Position numbers and translations under genes: made by a program. A stretch of 37,609 nucleotides of DNA from Deltaproteobacteria bacterium (GTDB lineage: Bacteria; JAEEML01), in NCBI GenBank assembly GCA_016283195.1, contig JAEEML010000069.1, positions 1-37,609 of the forward strand, in the 5' to 3' direction. Positions 1 through 9,460 of this stretch are shown piece after piece (position 1 is the stretch's first letter; every line of letters starts with the position of its first letter). Under the pieces are notes generated by a model that was not told the origin of the DNA, did not search any database, and saw only the letters and a list, made by a program, of their open reading frames with translations.

Positions 1-1
1 A

Positions 2-2140
2 GCCTGGGCCGGTGCAACCGCTATGAATGCCGCCGGACATTGATTCCTGGCTGACTCTGATTTTAATGCGCCCGTCTTCTTCGGTATCAACGCAGGAGAC
101 GTTGGGATATTTTACTGTCAGATCTTCACAAAGAGCCTGGCTCACCGAGTCGCTGTGCGAGCAGGTGCCATGTATCCTGGCCCACTCTTTGCAAGTGGGG
201 AAAGTGCCTAAAAATTCAATCAAATTATCGCGCAGGGAAACGCCGGTGTTAAATTTGGTGGTGTTGCGCTTTAATACTTTAAAACCACTGCCGCCGGCGG
301 CCAGGTAATCATTGGTAGCCAGTTTATAAGTGGAGTCTTTGATAAGGGGCACGCCGTTTATCATGATATCCTCGGCCGGATCCATATAGCAGGCATGCAT
401 ATTACATTCCCATTTGCCGGCATCGCTCCAAATGCCCGGAGTAGCAGGCGCTGTTTTGCAAGTTTCTTCATTGCCGGGAGTGCAAGTGCAACCATTGTCG
501 CGATATTGGCAACAATCGGTAGGAGCATTACAGGCATAAAGGTGCTGATTGAGCTTCACCTGAGCGCAGTTTTGCACATAACTCGCGCCGGAACACATGG
601 CCTGGCTCTGGCAACCGCGGCTGGCCGAGCGCTCAGTCATGTAATTGAAGAGGTCTTGCACTTCGCGGCCGTTGACATACATAACGGTAACTGTGTTCTC
701 AAAAGGAAAGATATTAAACAGATCTTCCAAAGAAATAGGGCCGGCGTAGATGGAATCGCGCATACCTAAAGTATTGGTGACGGCAAATTCGGCTTCCACG
801 CGGCGGCGCTGACGCATTGATTCGGTGATGAGATTGCCGAGAGCCGAGTCGCCGTTGCCGTGCATGGAAGTACGGTGAATATTATGCGGGGCATAAGCAA
901 AAATGCGGGCTAGGTCGAGATCCTGGTTCATGCTGAAGAGGAAGGGCTCCATAACTTTGGCAACAGCTCTGTCCTCTTGATCCTTAAGGCGATTATCAAT
1001 CGGGAAAATTTGATATTTATGGGAGATAATATATTTACCGGGGCGTTTTATCTTGGCTACTGTGTCATCGGCAAGTTCGGCTTCGGTTAAGTCGCGGCCG
1101 TCTTCGCCCACAATATCATCGCGTAGCATCACATCGAGGCGGCCTACATATTTGGCAAAAGCGCCGGAGTGGCAGACGATAGTGGTGCGCCCGTTAGGAG
1201 CAGTAAGCACCTTGGAGGGGTTCAAAACTATGTGCAGGTGGCCACCTAAAATAACATCGATATCGTCAACACCCGGCACCCAGGCTATGCGGCGGCCATC
1301 GGCCAGTGTTTCGCGCATTTCCCAATTGGAGTGCAGGCGTTCTACAGTGTCTTTTTCTACTGATTCCGGCGGCAGGGTAGTTTCGTGGCCTAAAACCATT
1401 TCTTCGTCTTCGGTGAGGCCCAGGTGGCTCAAAACAACGATCATATCCACCGAGTCATGCAGGAGGCGCACATATTTGCGCACTGTTTCATTGGGCTCAA
1501 AGGGGGTGATGCCCATGGAGTTGCCGCCCTCGCCGATGGAAGAAAGAGAGCTGGTGTCGCCCATGCCGATGACGGCTACTTTAATGCCTTTTACATTAAA
1601 AACCTCATATTGTCCGATGAGGTCACCAAGTTCATTAGCGCCGAATTTTTTGGAATTTTCAAATTTATAATTGGCGGCTAAAATAGGAAAGTCGGCGAAA
1701 TCCTTGATTTTTTGCACAAGATTTTTTACGCCGGCATCAAACTCGTGGTTGCCGAGGGCCATGGCATCAAGGCCGAGAGCATTGAGGGAGCGAAAACCGG
1801 TTTCACCCATATCATAATTGAAAATAGGGGCGCCCTGGAAAATATCGCCAGAATCCAGATAGAGCGAACGCTCGGATCTGGCTCTTTCGCGGCGCACAAT
1901 GTGGCCCAGGCGCGCCATGCCGCCAAAGGGGCGAGCTTCGGTGGCTAGTCCTTGGCGCTTGTCGGTAGCGGTGGGAGCTAGGTCATATGGAAAGAGGCGG
2001 CCGTGGATATCCGAAGTGTGGATAAAGGTAAAACGCAAATCCACGCCCTCGGTTTTCGGCTGTTCGGCATTCCATATACACCCTGTGAGGCTTAAAAAGC
2101 CCAGAAACAGCAAAGTGTATGAACGGCTTTTGCTCATCAT
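2..2140 (-). CDS. Bifunctional metallophosphatase/5'-nucleotidase lipoprotein (UshA-like), 3' end runs off the window
   Basis: Missing from the ORF track because it has no stop in the window. Hand-translated parts: MMSKSRSYTLLFLGFLSLTGC (lipobox), FIHTSDIHG, LDSGDIFQG, ALGNHEFD, and C-terminal YKLATNDYLAAGGSGF and EDGRI. RBS AAGGAGG lies upstream. Confidence 0.9.
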   Translation of the reverse strand, partial: MMSKSRSYTLLFLGFLSLTGCIWNAEQPKTEGVDLRFTFIHTSDIHGRLFPYDLAPTATDKRQGLATEARPFGGMARLGHIVRRERARSERSLYLDSGDIFQGAPIFNYDMGETGFRSLNALGLDAMALGNHEFDAGVKNLVQKIKDFADFPILAANYKFENSKKFGANELGDLIGQYEVFNVKGIKVAVIGMGDTSSLSSIGEGGNSMGITPFEPNETVRKYVRLLHDSVDMIVVLSHLGLTEDEEMVLGHETTLPPESVEKDTVERLHSNWEMRETLADGRRIAWVPGVDDIDVILGGHLHIVLNPSKVLTAPNGRTTIVCHSGAFAKYVGRLDVMLRDDIVGEDGRDLTEAELADDTVAKIKRPGKYIISHKYQIFPIDNRLKDQEDRAVAKVMEPFLFSMNQDLDLARIFAYAPHNIHRTSMHGNGDSALGNLITESMRQRRRVEAEFAVTNTLGMRDSIYAGPISLEDLFNIFPFENTVTVMYVNGREVQDLFNYMTERSASRGCQSQAMCSGASYVQNCAQVKLNQHLYACNAPTDCCQYRDNGCTCTPGNEETCKTAPATPGIWSDAGKWECNMHACYMDPAEDIMINGVPLIKDSTYKLATNDYLAAGGSGFKVLKRNTTKFNTGVSLRDNLIEFLGTFPTCKEWARIHGTCSHSDSVSQALCEDLTVKYPNVSCVDTEEDGRIKIRVSQESMSGGIHSGCTGPG

Positions 2141-2393
2141 TAAAAACTCTCCCTCCTTATGGCTCGCAAGGTTTTAATAACGGAGATGAATTATCGAAAC
2201 AAAGAAGAGAATAAAAATGATAACCGGTTGCAGTGGGTACGAAAGAGGTTAAATTTGACGGCCGCATATCCACTCCAAGGCCCTTATGGCCGGAAGCTCG
2301 GAAGCGAGCATGTTTTATTTAACAGGTTTGCTGAAAGGGTCAACCTTTATTTTAGGTAATTTTATTAGGTAGGCCTAGGAAAAATCTACCAAA

Positions 2394-4130
2394 CTAGTAG
2401 GTTCTTGAGCAGGAGAGGTCATCGATTAAGAGGTGCTCCGGGCCTTCGGTATTGCTGGCGTAGATGATGAGCATACATTCATCGGAGCTGGGGGTGAAAG
2501 TGAAGGACTCCTGCTTCCAGTTGCTGCTTTCGTTAACCGTATTAAATTCGGTATCTTTGCCCCAGGCTTTGCAATAGGTGCGGTGGCGATATTGACCCTT
2601 GCCGCTCACATAGTAAGTGCAGGTGTAATTTACGCCCGGAGTAACTTTAAAGGCTTCACTGGTGAGGCGCTTGGCCGGCTGGCCGGGAAAATTGATTTGC
2701 AAGGAGCTGTTGCCGCCGTGCTTTCTCGCTGTATAGAGAGAAACATTGTCGGAAGAAATCTCATTCTCCGGGAAGTAATAATCATAATAAGCTCTAAGGC
2801 CAAACCAACCGGCTGGCACGTTTTGCGGGTTGGTGGGGCCGTTTTGGTTGCTATAGGTGGGCTTATTTTCTGTGTCTTCAAAAGCGCCGCTCAAGAAGGT
2901 ATTATTTTCTTCGTCGGTATAGACAAAGACATTGGAGCCAGAATCCATGGCCACGCAGGTGTGACTGCCGACGTGGCAAACCGGTTTTTCGGCATCAGCG
3001 GTGCAGTCTTTACTGGTATAACAGGATTCTGGCCTGATTTCACAAGCTTTTTTATCATCATTGCAAACGGTATATAATGGGCAGGGAGCAGATTCAGCCC
3101 GCATAGCGCAGTAGCTTTCTGCATAGCACATATTGGTCAAATCATCACAGGTGGCACCAGGGCAATCGGAACTTTTGGCGCACATACCTTCTTTTAAGAC
3201 GCAGGTGTGGTCGGCCACCATGCATTCTTCATAGACGGCGCATTCTTCATTCTTGGAGCATTTGCCAAGTTTTGGCAAACAGGTGAAGCTATTAGCGGCC
3301 ACGTTATCGGCACAGATTTGCCAATCTTCGCAAGTATTATTATCGCAAGGCATGGGGCGAGCGGTGCAGACGATATCGTCAACTTGCACATGGTCTTCCG
3401 GCTTGGTGCCGCTGGCTGCCAGAATAAGCTCAAAATCGGTAGCATCTTCGTTAATGGTGAAAGAGTGGCGAATAAGGCGCCATTCACTCGAAGCAACCAG
3501 CTGGGCCACATTGTAATAATTGGCATTTATGGCGCCATTGACATTGTAGCCAACGCGTACATAGCCGTTACCGCGCACCCAAAGAGAGCATTTATAATCA
3601 CCGGCCAAAACAGCCAGCGGTTTGGTAGAAAAACGCTCTTGATCGTTATGGGTGCGCTGCATCATGAGGGCCAGTTTGCCATCGTGAGCGCTCCCGCCGT
3701 AAGGATAAATATAAAGAGCCGATTCAAAAACCTGGGCTTTGCCGTTTTGCTGCTTGGATTTTGTGCCGTTCCAATGTTTCGGCATAGAGGCGTAATCGGT
3801 GGTAGAATCGTTATTTTTCTTAGTGACCACCGCTTCGTCGGCCCATTCTTCAAAAGAGCCGTTTAAAATAATATTGGCCGGGTGTTCTTTGGGGAGTTCC
3901 GGGGGATTATCATCCGACTTGGCATCGTTATCCGATTTAGCATCATTATCGCTTTGGGCGTCATTAGGCTTATTGTTATTATTGTTATTGTTGTTATTTT
4001 GGCCATTATTATTATTGTTATTATTTTGGCCATTCTGGCTCTTTTGTGGCGTCTCCTGAGTGACGCTGCAAGCAGCTGTTAGGCTAAGACTCAAAAGAGC
4101 TGCCAAAAACGCATAGCGGTATAACTTCAT
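2394..4130 (-). CDS. Lipoprotein with two CBM4/9-like jelly-roll domains flanking Cys-rich repeats
   Basis: Lipobox LTAAC, Asn/Asp-rich linker, domains starting NIILNGSFEEW and ending VQVDDIVC / LLIDDLSC, and central C-x5-C-x5-C-type repeats. Confidence 0.7.
   Translation of the reverse strand: MKLYRYAFLAALLSLSLTAACSVTQETPQKSQNGQNNNNNNNGQNNNNNNNNNKPNDAQSDNDAKSDNDAKSDDNPPELPKEHPANIILNGSFEEWADEAVVTKKNNDSTTDYASMPKHWNGTKSKQQNGKAQVFESALYIYPYGGSAHDGKLALMMQRTHNDQERFSTKPLAVLAGDYKCSLWVRGNGYVRVGYNVNGAINANYYNVAQLVASSEWRLIRHSFTINEDATDFELILAASGTKPEDHVQVDDIVCTARPMPCDNNTCEDWQICADNVAANSFTCLPKLGKCSKNEECAVYEECMVADHTCVLKEGMCAKSSDCPGATCDDLTNMCYAESYCAMRAESAPCPLYTVCNDDKKACEIRPESCYTSKDCTADAEKPVCHVGSHTCVAMDSGSNVFVYTDEENNTFLSGAFEDTENKPTYSNQNGPTNPQNVPAGWFGLRAYYDYYFPENEISSDNVSLYTARKHGGNSSLQINFPGQPAKRLTSEAFKVTPGVNYTCTYYVSGKGQYRHRTYCKAWGKDTEFNTVNESSNWKQESFTFTPSSDECMLIIYASNTEGPEHLLIDDLSCSRTY
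3905..4038 (-). repeat. Coding low-complexity repeats (GQN(n) x2; SDNDAK-type 18-bp repeats)
   Basis: TTA/TTG-triplet tracts with ttattttggccatt twice, plus about three degenerate 18-bp units encoding NDA(Q/K)SD. Confidence 0.8.
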
Positions 4131-4179
4131 GCCAATCTCCTTATTTCTTGGGGCAACACTCTATTGCCACCAGTTCGCT

Positions 4180-4207
4180 ATTTTATGCAAAAACTACTTT
4201 ATTGCAA
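4180..4207 (-). promoter_or_regulatory. Putative sigma-70 promoter of the CBM lipoprotein gene
   Basis: Minus strand TTGCAA-N16-TAAAAT, about 50 bp upstream of the start codon. Confidence 0.45.
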
Positions 4208-4236
4208 GCTGGGGGGAGCGCAGGGCCAAAGAGAAA

Positions 4237-5826
4237 TTATTGCAAATAATAACCGCGCCTGGTTGTAGGGCGCTGCTTCTTCTCGATTAAAGCCAGTTGC
4301 CGCTGGACAAAATTTACATTTCTGGCTTGCCCAAGCTGCTGAAAGATAGCGAGCGCTTGCAAATAATACTCTTTTGATTCCTGATAAGCCCCCATTTGAA
4401 AATAAACTGCGGCCACATTGGAAAGCTCTTGGGCGGCCTGAGCACTACTCGGCCCCATCACCTGTTTGGAGCGTTTTAAGGCCCGGCGGTAATGTTCCAA
4501 AGCTCTTTCAAAAGAGCCGCTGGCAAAATATATAGCTCCGACATCACTGGTGGTTTGAATAGTCATGGGGTGAGTTTCGCCATAAACTTTGTCAAAAATA
4601 TCAAGGGCTTTTTGCGCATATATCAGGGCCTCTGAATAGAGGCTTTTAGCCGAGAGGCAGAGAGCCAACTGGTTATAACGGTAGGCCAGTGAATCATCGT
4701 TGCCGGAGAGATTAAGTTCGGCCAGTTCTGTTGCCAGTTTGGCAAAAGAAATAGCTTTTTGATAATTGCCCTGGCTGTAATATACCATGGCTAAATTGCC
4801 ACTTAAATCAGCCACTTGCGGATGCTTGGTGCCGAGTGTGCGGTTGACTGTTAAAAGGGCGCTTTCCAGCAATTTTGTGGCTTCTGCCGTCTGGCCTTTG
4901 GCAGTGTAGGTGGCGGCCAGATTATTCATTACCGTGGCGGTATTGGGGTGGCCGGGACCAAAGATTTTTTGCGCCAGAGCTCTCGCGGCAATGAGCTCTT
5001 TTTGGGCCACATCGGTAAAGCCAAAGAGTTGCAAAATCTGGCCGTATCTGGAGCGGATAGCCGCTACCTGCGGGTGGTTTTGGCCCAAAATATTTATGGC
5101 CAGGTTGGCTGTTTCCTCAAAAGCCTGAATGGTTTCATTATAGCGCCCCAGGCAGTAAAGAATCTCGGCGCGCAAAAGGGCAGCCTCGATAAATTCGCGA
5201 TCATTCGCCGTGGCATAATTTATCAGCTCGAGAGCGCTTTGCATATCACCGCGCTGATAGGCTAAGATGGCGCGGCCGTAATCGCGAAAAGCATAAAAAG
5301 AATCGGTTGGGTGGCGCTCTAGCCAGCTGGACTCGGCCGGGGTGGGGGCGATAGCGCAAAGCCCGATGGTGAGAAAAACCACTTTGCTGGCTATTTCTCC
5401 CACATGACTGCTGGTAAATGTTTCGGATATAACTTTGCTTAGGCGCCCGCGCTGGCTATTTCTGGCTAACTGAATCTCGATTTTCAGCTGCTCTTCATAG
5501 CCTTGGTAGCGGCCGAAAATAAAAGCATCGACTCCCAAATCATTAAAAATGGGCGGTAAATCTTGCTCTTTAGCGGTAAAAGGCAGTTTTTTGCCCCATT
5601 TTTTTACATTGTTGTATTGACCGTAGCCGGTGGAAATAGCTAATTTATTTAAATAACCAAAGCGCAGGCGTGTAAGCTCATTAGTGGCGGCGGCCAGCCA
5701 GGCGTATTCTTCACCGCCGGGAACAGGCTGCAAGGGCAGGGCGCCAAAGCGCAGGAGACCCGCGGCTTCTGCCGGAGCCGATATGAATAAAAGTGTAATA
5801 ATAACAAGTAAATATTTTTTTAACAC
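4237..5826 (-). CDS. Secreted tetratricopeptide-repeat protein
   Basis: Signal peptide ending AEA, followed by about 42-aa TPR repeats with GxxHPxxA and NNLA motifs. The start overlaps the asd stop. Confidence 0.85.
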   Translation of the reverse strand: MLKKYLLVIITLLFISAPAEAAGLLRFGALPLQPVPGGEEYAWLAAATNELTRLRFGYLNKLAISTGYGQYNNVKKWGKKLPFTAKEQDLPPIFNDLGVDAFIFGRYQGYEEQLKIEIQLARNSQRGRLSKVISETFTSSHVGEIASKVVFLTIGLCAIAPTPAESSWLERHPTDSFYAFRDYGRAILAYQRGDMQSALELINYATANDREFIEAALLRAEILYCLGRYNETIQAFEETANLAINILGQNHPQVAAIRSRYGQILQLFGFTDVAQKELIAARALAQKIFGPGHPNTATVMNNLAATYTAKGQTAEATKLLESALLTVNRTLGTKHPQVADLSGNLAMVYYSQGNYQKAISFAKLATELAELNLSGNDDSLAYRYNQLALCLSAKSLYSEALIYAQKALDIFDKVYGETHPMTIQTTSDVGAIYFASGSFERALEHYRRALKRSKQVMGPSSAQAAQELSNVAAVYFQMGAYQESKEYYLQALAIFQQLGQARNVNFVQRQLALIEKKQRPTTRRGYYLQ

Positions 5827-6935
5827 TGCTCGCTCTCCAGCTGGCTGATGATGATATTCAAAACGCGCCTTAAGGGCTCTGCCGCGCCCCAGAGCAGTTG
5901 GTCGCCCACGGTAAAGGCGCCGATATAATCCTTTCCCATGGCCAAATGGTGCAAGCGGCCGATGGCAATATCGAGTGTGCCGCTGACGGCCGCCGGGGTG
6001 AGTGCAGCTCTGGTGGCTTCCGCCTCGTTGGGGATATAGCGCACCCAGGAGTTGGCATTTTTAATTAGCTCCTCCAGCTCGTTAAGCTCAGCGGGGCGGC
6101 GCAGCTTGATGGTGAGCCCCTGGCTATGGCAGCGCAAAGAGCCGACGCGCACGCAAAGGCCATCTATGGGCAGGGGATTAGCCGTGCGATCCAGTATTTT
6201 ATTGCCCTCGGCCATGGCCTTCCACTCTTCTTTGGTGCGGCCGTCCTGCCAAGGCACATCTATCCAGGGAATGAGCGAGGCGGCCAGCGGTACCTTGGTG
6301 ACAGAGCAAGGAAAAGAGGGGCTTCTTAGCTCATCGCGCACCAGGATTTCCTGACTAAGTGCAGTATCTGCCTGGGCGCCTTTTTCTCCAACTAGCTGAT
6401 ATTGTTTTAAAAGTTCGCTCATAAAAGCTGCGCCGCCCCCCGAGGCGGCTTGGTAAGTCATGGAGGAAACCCACTCGATGAGGTCGGCTTTTAAAAGGCC
6501 ATGGATGGCAAGTAGCAAAAGGCTCACCGTGCAGTTACCGCCGATAAAATCCCGGCCACCGGCTTTTAGAGCCTCTTTAATGGCCGCGCCGTTTATGGGG
6601 TCGAGCACAATGGTGCTCTCTTCTTTCATGCGCAAAGTTGAAGCGGCGTCTATCCAGTAGCCGGTCCAGCCGGCAGCTCTCAATTTGGGATAAATCTCCT
6701 CGGTGTAACTGCCCCCCTGAGTGGAGAGCAAAATATCCATCTTGCTGAGTTCGTTAATATTTTTAGCATCCAGAATGCTAGCGCCCCGGGCTGCCGCGAG
6801 AGGGCAGCTTTCCCCGGCTTTGGAGGTGGAAAAGAAAAAAGGCTGAAATCCGGCCCAGTCGTTTTCTTCATCAAAACGCCCGCACAAAACCGAGCCCACC
6901 ATTCCGCGCCAACCGATAAGCCCAACTTTTAACAT
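5820..6935 (-). CDS. asd: Aspartate-semialdehyde dehydrogenase
   Basis: GWRGMVGSV, YWIDAASTLRM, GGNCTVS (catalytic Cys), YQAASGGGA and VGDQLLWGAAEPLRR. Confidence 0.97.
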   Translation of the reverse strand: MLKVGLIGWRGMVGSVLCGRFDEENDWAGFQPFFFSTSKAGESCPLAAARGASILDAKNINELSKMDILLSTQGGSYTEEIYPKLRAAGWTGYWIDAASTLRMKEESTIVLDPINGAAIKEALKAGGRDFIGGNCTVSLLLLAIHGLLKADLIEWVSSMTYQAASGGGAAFMSELLKQYQLVGEKGAQADTALSQEILVRDELRSPSFPCSVTKVPLAASLIPWIDVPWQDGRTKEEWKAMAEGNKILDRTANPLPIDGLCVRVGSLRCHSQGLTIKLRRPAELNELEELIKNANSWVRYIPNEAEATRAALTPAAVSGTLDIAIGRLHHLAMGKDYIGAFTVGDQLLWGAAEPLRRVLNIIISQLESEQC

Positions 6936-7135
6936 AAAAGCCTCCGCGCCGGCTTCTTTGCTTTAAAAGCCGCTAAAGACATTTCTATGCTTATAGCCGC
7001 CGGGCTCATTTGTCAGCAGGAAAATAGGGAAATTTTGGCGTATTGAGATTTATTTTTCAAAGCGGCTGGCCTTTAAAGCTATTGGCTGTTTAAACGCTCT
7101 TGTAGCCGGTTAAGGACAAAGTGACCAATCTGGCC

Positions 7136-7164
7136 TTGGCTCCTTCTCTAATCTCTGCTAAAAT
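7136..7164 (+). promoter_or_regulatory. Putative sigma-70 promoter of the hydrolase gene
   Basis: TTGGCT-N17-TAAAAT with a TGn extended -10. Confidence 0.4.
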
Positions 7165-7224
7165 ACTCGGCGCCTGCGGAAGGTGCGCATGATTTCCGGC
7201 TTGGCCGCCGAAATTGAGGGCAGA

Positions 7225-9378
7225 ATGAAAGTAAAAAATTATCTGCTGGCATTAATAATCATTAACTTGCTGGTTAGTGCCTGTGAGGAGAATGTTTCAA
7301 CTCCCGGTGAGAGCTTGCCCGATACTTCCACCGACATTACTAAAGAAACTGATGAAGTTGATGATGAGGATAAATACAGCGAACTTACGGGTACAAAAGT
7401 ATTCTTTGCTGCCGATAGACAAGATTTTTATGACTTTCCGTTTCCGGCTAACAATCGCCTGACTGCCGCCGGCTATGTGGATATCAGCGATTTTCCTCAG
7501 GCGGCCACTGTTATTGATAGTTATATTGAGCTCTTTAGCTCCTATATTGCCGGTTTTTCCACTAATGGCGCTATCTATTTCCATTTTGATGGTCCATTAG
7601 ATAGTTCTGCTTTGCCCACGCCGGAACAAAGTATGGAGCCGGGAGCTACAATACAGCTTATAAATATTGACCCGGCCTCAGAAAACTATGGGCGGCAAAT
7701 ACCGATAAAAAGCCATATCTTTGCGGATAAAAACGACTATTTGCCGGAAAATACTTTGGCTTTAATGCCTTATCCCGGCTTCCCTCTGGAAGCTGAAACC
7801 ACCTATGCCGCTCTTATTTTAAGAGATTTTGCCGATAAGGACGGCCAGGATTTAGGTGTGCCGGTGCTATTGCAAATGGCTCTCGATGAGGCGCGTTCAA
7901 ACGATGCGCAAAAAGCGGCCATTATTAAAATGATGCGGCCACTAGCCACTTTTATCAAAGAAAACAATAAAATAGCCAAAGAAAGTATTGCCGCGGCCAC
8001 TGTTTTTACTACGCAAAATCCGCAAAAAGAGCTCAGAGCTGTGCGTACTTTTATCAATAAAAATAAGGCCCCCACTATTGAGGGCTTTACCTATGTGGGT
8101 TCGCGTTCCAACTATTATGCCTTTGATGCCTACTATCACGCTCCGAATTTTCAGCAGGGGGTAAAGCCTTATTTAAGTGACGGTGGTGCTTTCAGCTTTG
8201 ATGAAAACGGTGAGCCGATAGTTGCCGAAAATGAGTTTATGCGCGTGCGCTTTACGGTGCCTAAAGACACCGACAAAATGGGGCCTAATGGTTGGCCGAT
8301 AGTTATTGTTTATCATGGAACAACCGGAGATTACACATATTTTGACGATAGTAGCTCGCTTGGTGTGGCCCGGATTTTAGCTGAATACGGCCTGGCGGCC
8401 ATGGGTATTAGTCTGCCGCTGCATTATGAACGCGGTTGTAAAAATCCTACTAGCGATACAGATTATGATGAGTGTCAAATTGGTAGTGCCACTCTGATTT
8501 TGGCTTCATTTAATGTGCTTAATCCTTTGTCGGGGCGCACCAACTTTCGTCAAAGTGCCGCCGATGCCTTTACTTTAGTAAAAATTTTGCATGATAATCC
8601 GCCGGTTATTCCGCAAGAGGTGAATCCGCAAAAGCAGGATATTCATTTTGATGCGCAAAATATTTTCTTTAGAGGGCATAGCTATGGTGGCATAGCCGGA
8701 GCGGTGGCTGTTAGCCTTGAACCGCGGATTAAAGCTTCATTTCACAGCGGTGCCGGTGGTATTTTACCCAGTATTTTAGCTTATAATAAAACCTATAACC
8801 CGCTGGTGGAGACTTTTCTTAATATAAAAGGTGACGATCTGACAAATGTTTTGCATCCTTTATATACGCTTATTCAAACTATGGCCGATGTGGCCGATCC
8901 GGTAAATTATCTGGCCTATTACCACTCTGCCGAGGGAGCATCCGCGGGACGAAATATCCTCTTTACCGTGGGGAAATATGACGGATATGTTCATAAAGAG
9001 AGCAATGATTATTTAACAACCGCCGCCTCTTTACCGGTAATCGGTCCTTTGCGCTGGCAAGTGGAAGGGCATCTTTTGAAAAAACTGGCCGGCGAAAATG
9101 GGCCGGTTAGCGGCAATTGTGCGGCCCGGGACGGCACCATTTATACTTGCGGTGTCCGCCAATATGCTGAAGACGATGACAGTAATAATTGTGAATATGA
9201 TGACCCAAGCGATTTGGATTATTATTGCGGCCATGCTGTTGTAGCCGCCAAAAGCGATGCAACCCACATGTATGCGGAGTTCTTTTATAGCTATTTGCAT
9301 AGCGGCAAAGCCATTATCAATGCCGAGTGGACACCGGAGAATAGCTATCTAAACAGTCAAAAAGAGGGCGAGCCGTAA
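7225..9378 (+). CDS. Lipoprotein alpha/beta-hydrolase (extracellular lipase-like)
   Basis: Start placed at ATG 7225 (MKVKNY...LVSAC lipobox). Motifs PFPAN..GFSTNGAIYF, WPIVIVYHG, nucleophile elbow GHSYGG, and a C-terminal GH candidate for the catalytic His. Confidence 0.8.
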   Translation: MKVKNYLLALIIINLLVSACEENVSTPGESLPDTSTDITKETDEVDDEDKYSELTGTKVFFAADRQDFYDFPFPANNRLTAAGYVDISDFPQAATVIDSYIELFSSYIAGFSTNGAIYFHFDGPLDSSALPTPEQSMEPGATIQLINIDPASENYGRQIPIKSHIFADKNDYLPENTLALMPYPGFPLEAETTYAALILRDFADKDGQDLGVPVLLQMALDEARSNDAQKAAIIKMMRPLATFIKENNKIAKESIAAATVFTTQNPQKELRAVRTFINKNKAPTIEGFTYVGSRSNYYAFDAYYHAPNFQQGVKPYLSDGGAFSFDENGEPIVAENEFMRVRFTVPKDTDKMGPNGWPIVIVYHGTTGDYTYFDDSSSLGVARILAEYGLAAMGISLPLHYERGCKNPTSDTDYDECQIGSATLILASFNVLNPLSGRTNFRQSAADAFTLVKILHDNPPVIPQEVNPQKQDIHFDAQNIFFRGHSYGGIAGAVAVSLEPRIKASFHSGAGGILPSILAYNKTYNPLVETFLNIKGDDLTNVLHPLYTLIQTMADVADPVNYLAYYHSAEGASAGRNILFTVGKYDGYVHKESNDYLTTAASLPVIGPLRWQVEGHLLKKLAGENGPVSGNCAARDGTIYTCGVRQYAEDDDSNNCEYDDPSDLDYYCGHAVVAAKSDATHMYAEFFYSYLHSGKAIINAEWTPENSYLNSQKEGEP

Positions 9379-9460
9379 TTTTGCCGGCCTGGTTGACCGC
9401 TTTTCCGGTTCTGTTGTTTCGCCACTTGCCAGTCCGGAAAAATATATTAAGGAGAGGCGC

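Noticed and set aside
27-2177. Plus-strand ORFs in the track (93-205 aa)
   Set aside because: They are antisense shadows of the minus-strand 5'-nucleotidase, which carries all the family motifs.
4152-4170. TGGCAAT...TTGC on the minus strand as a sigma-54 promoter
   Set aside because: The GG-to-GC spacing is 12 nt rather than the required 10.
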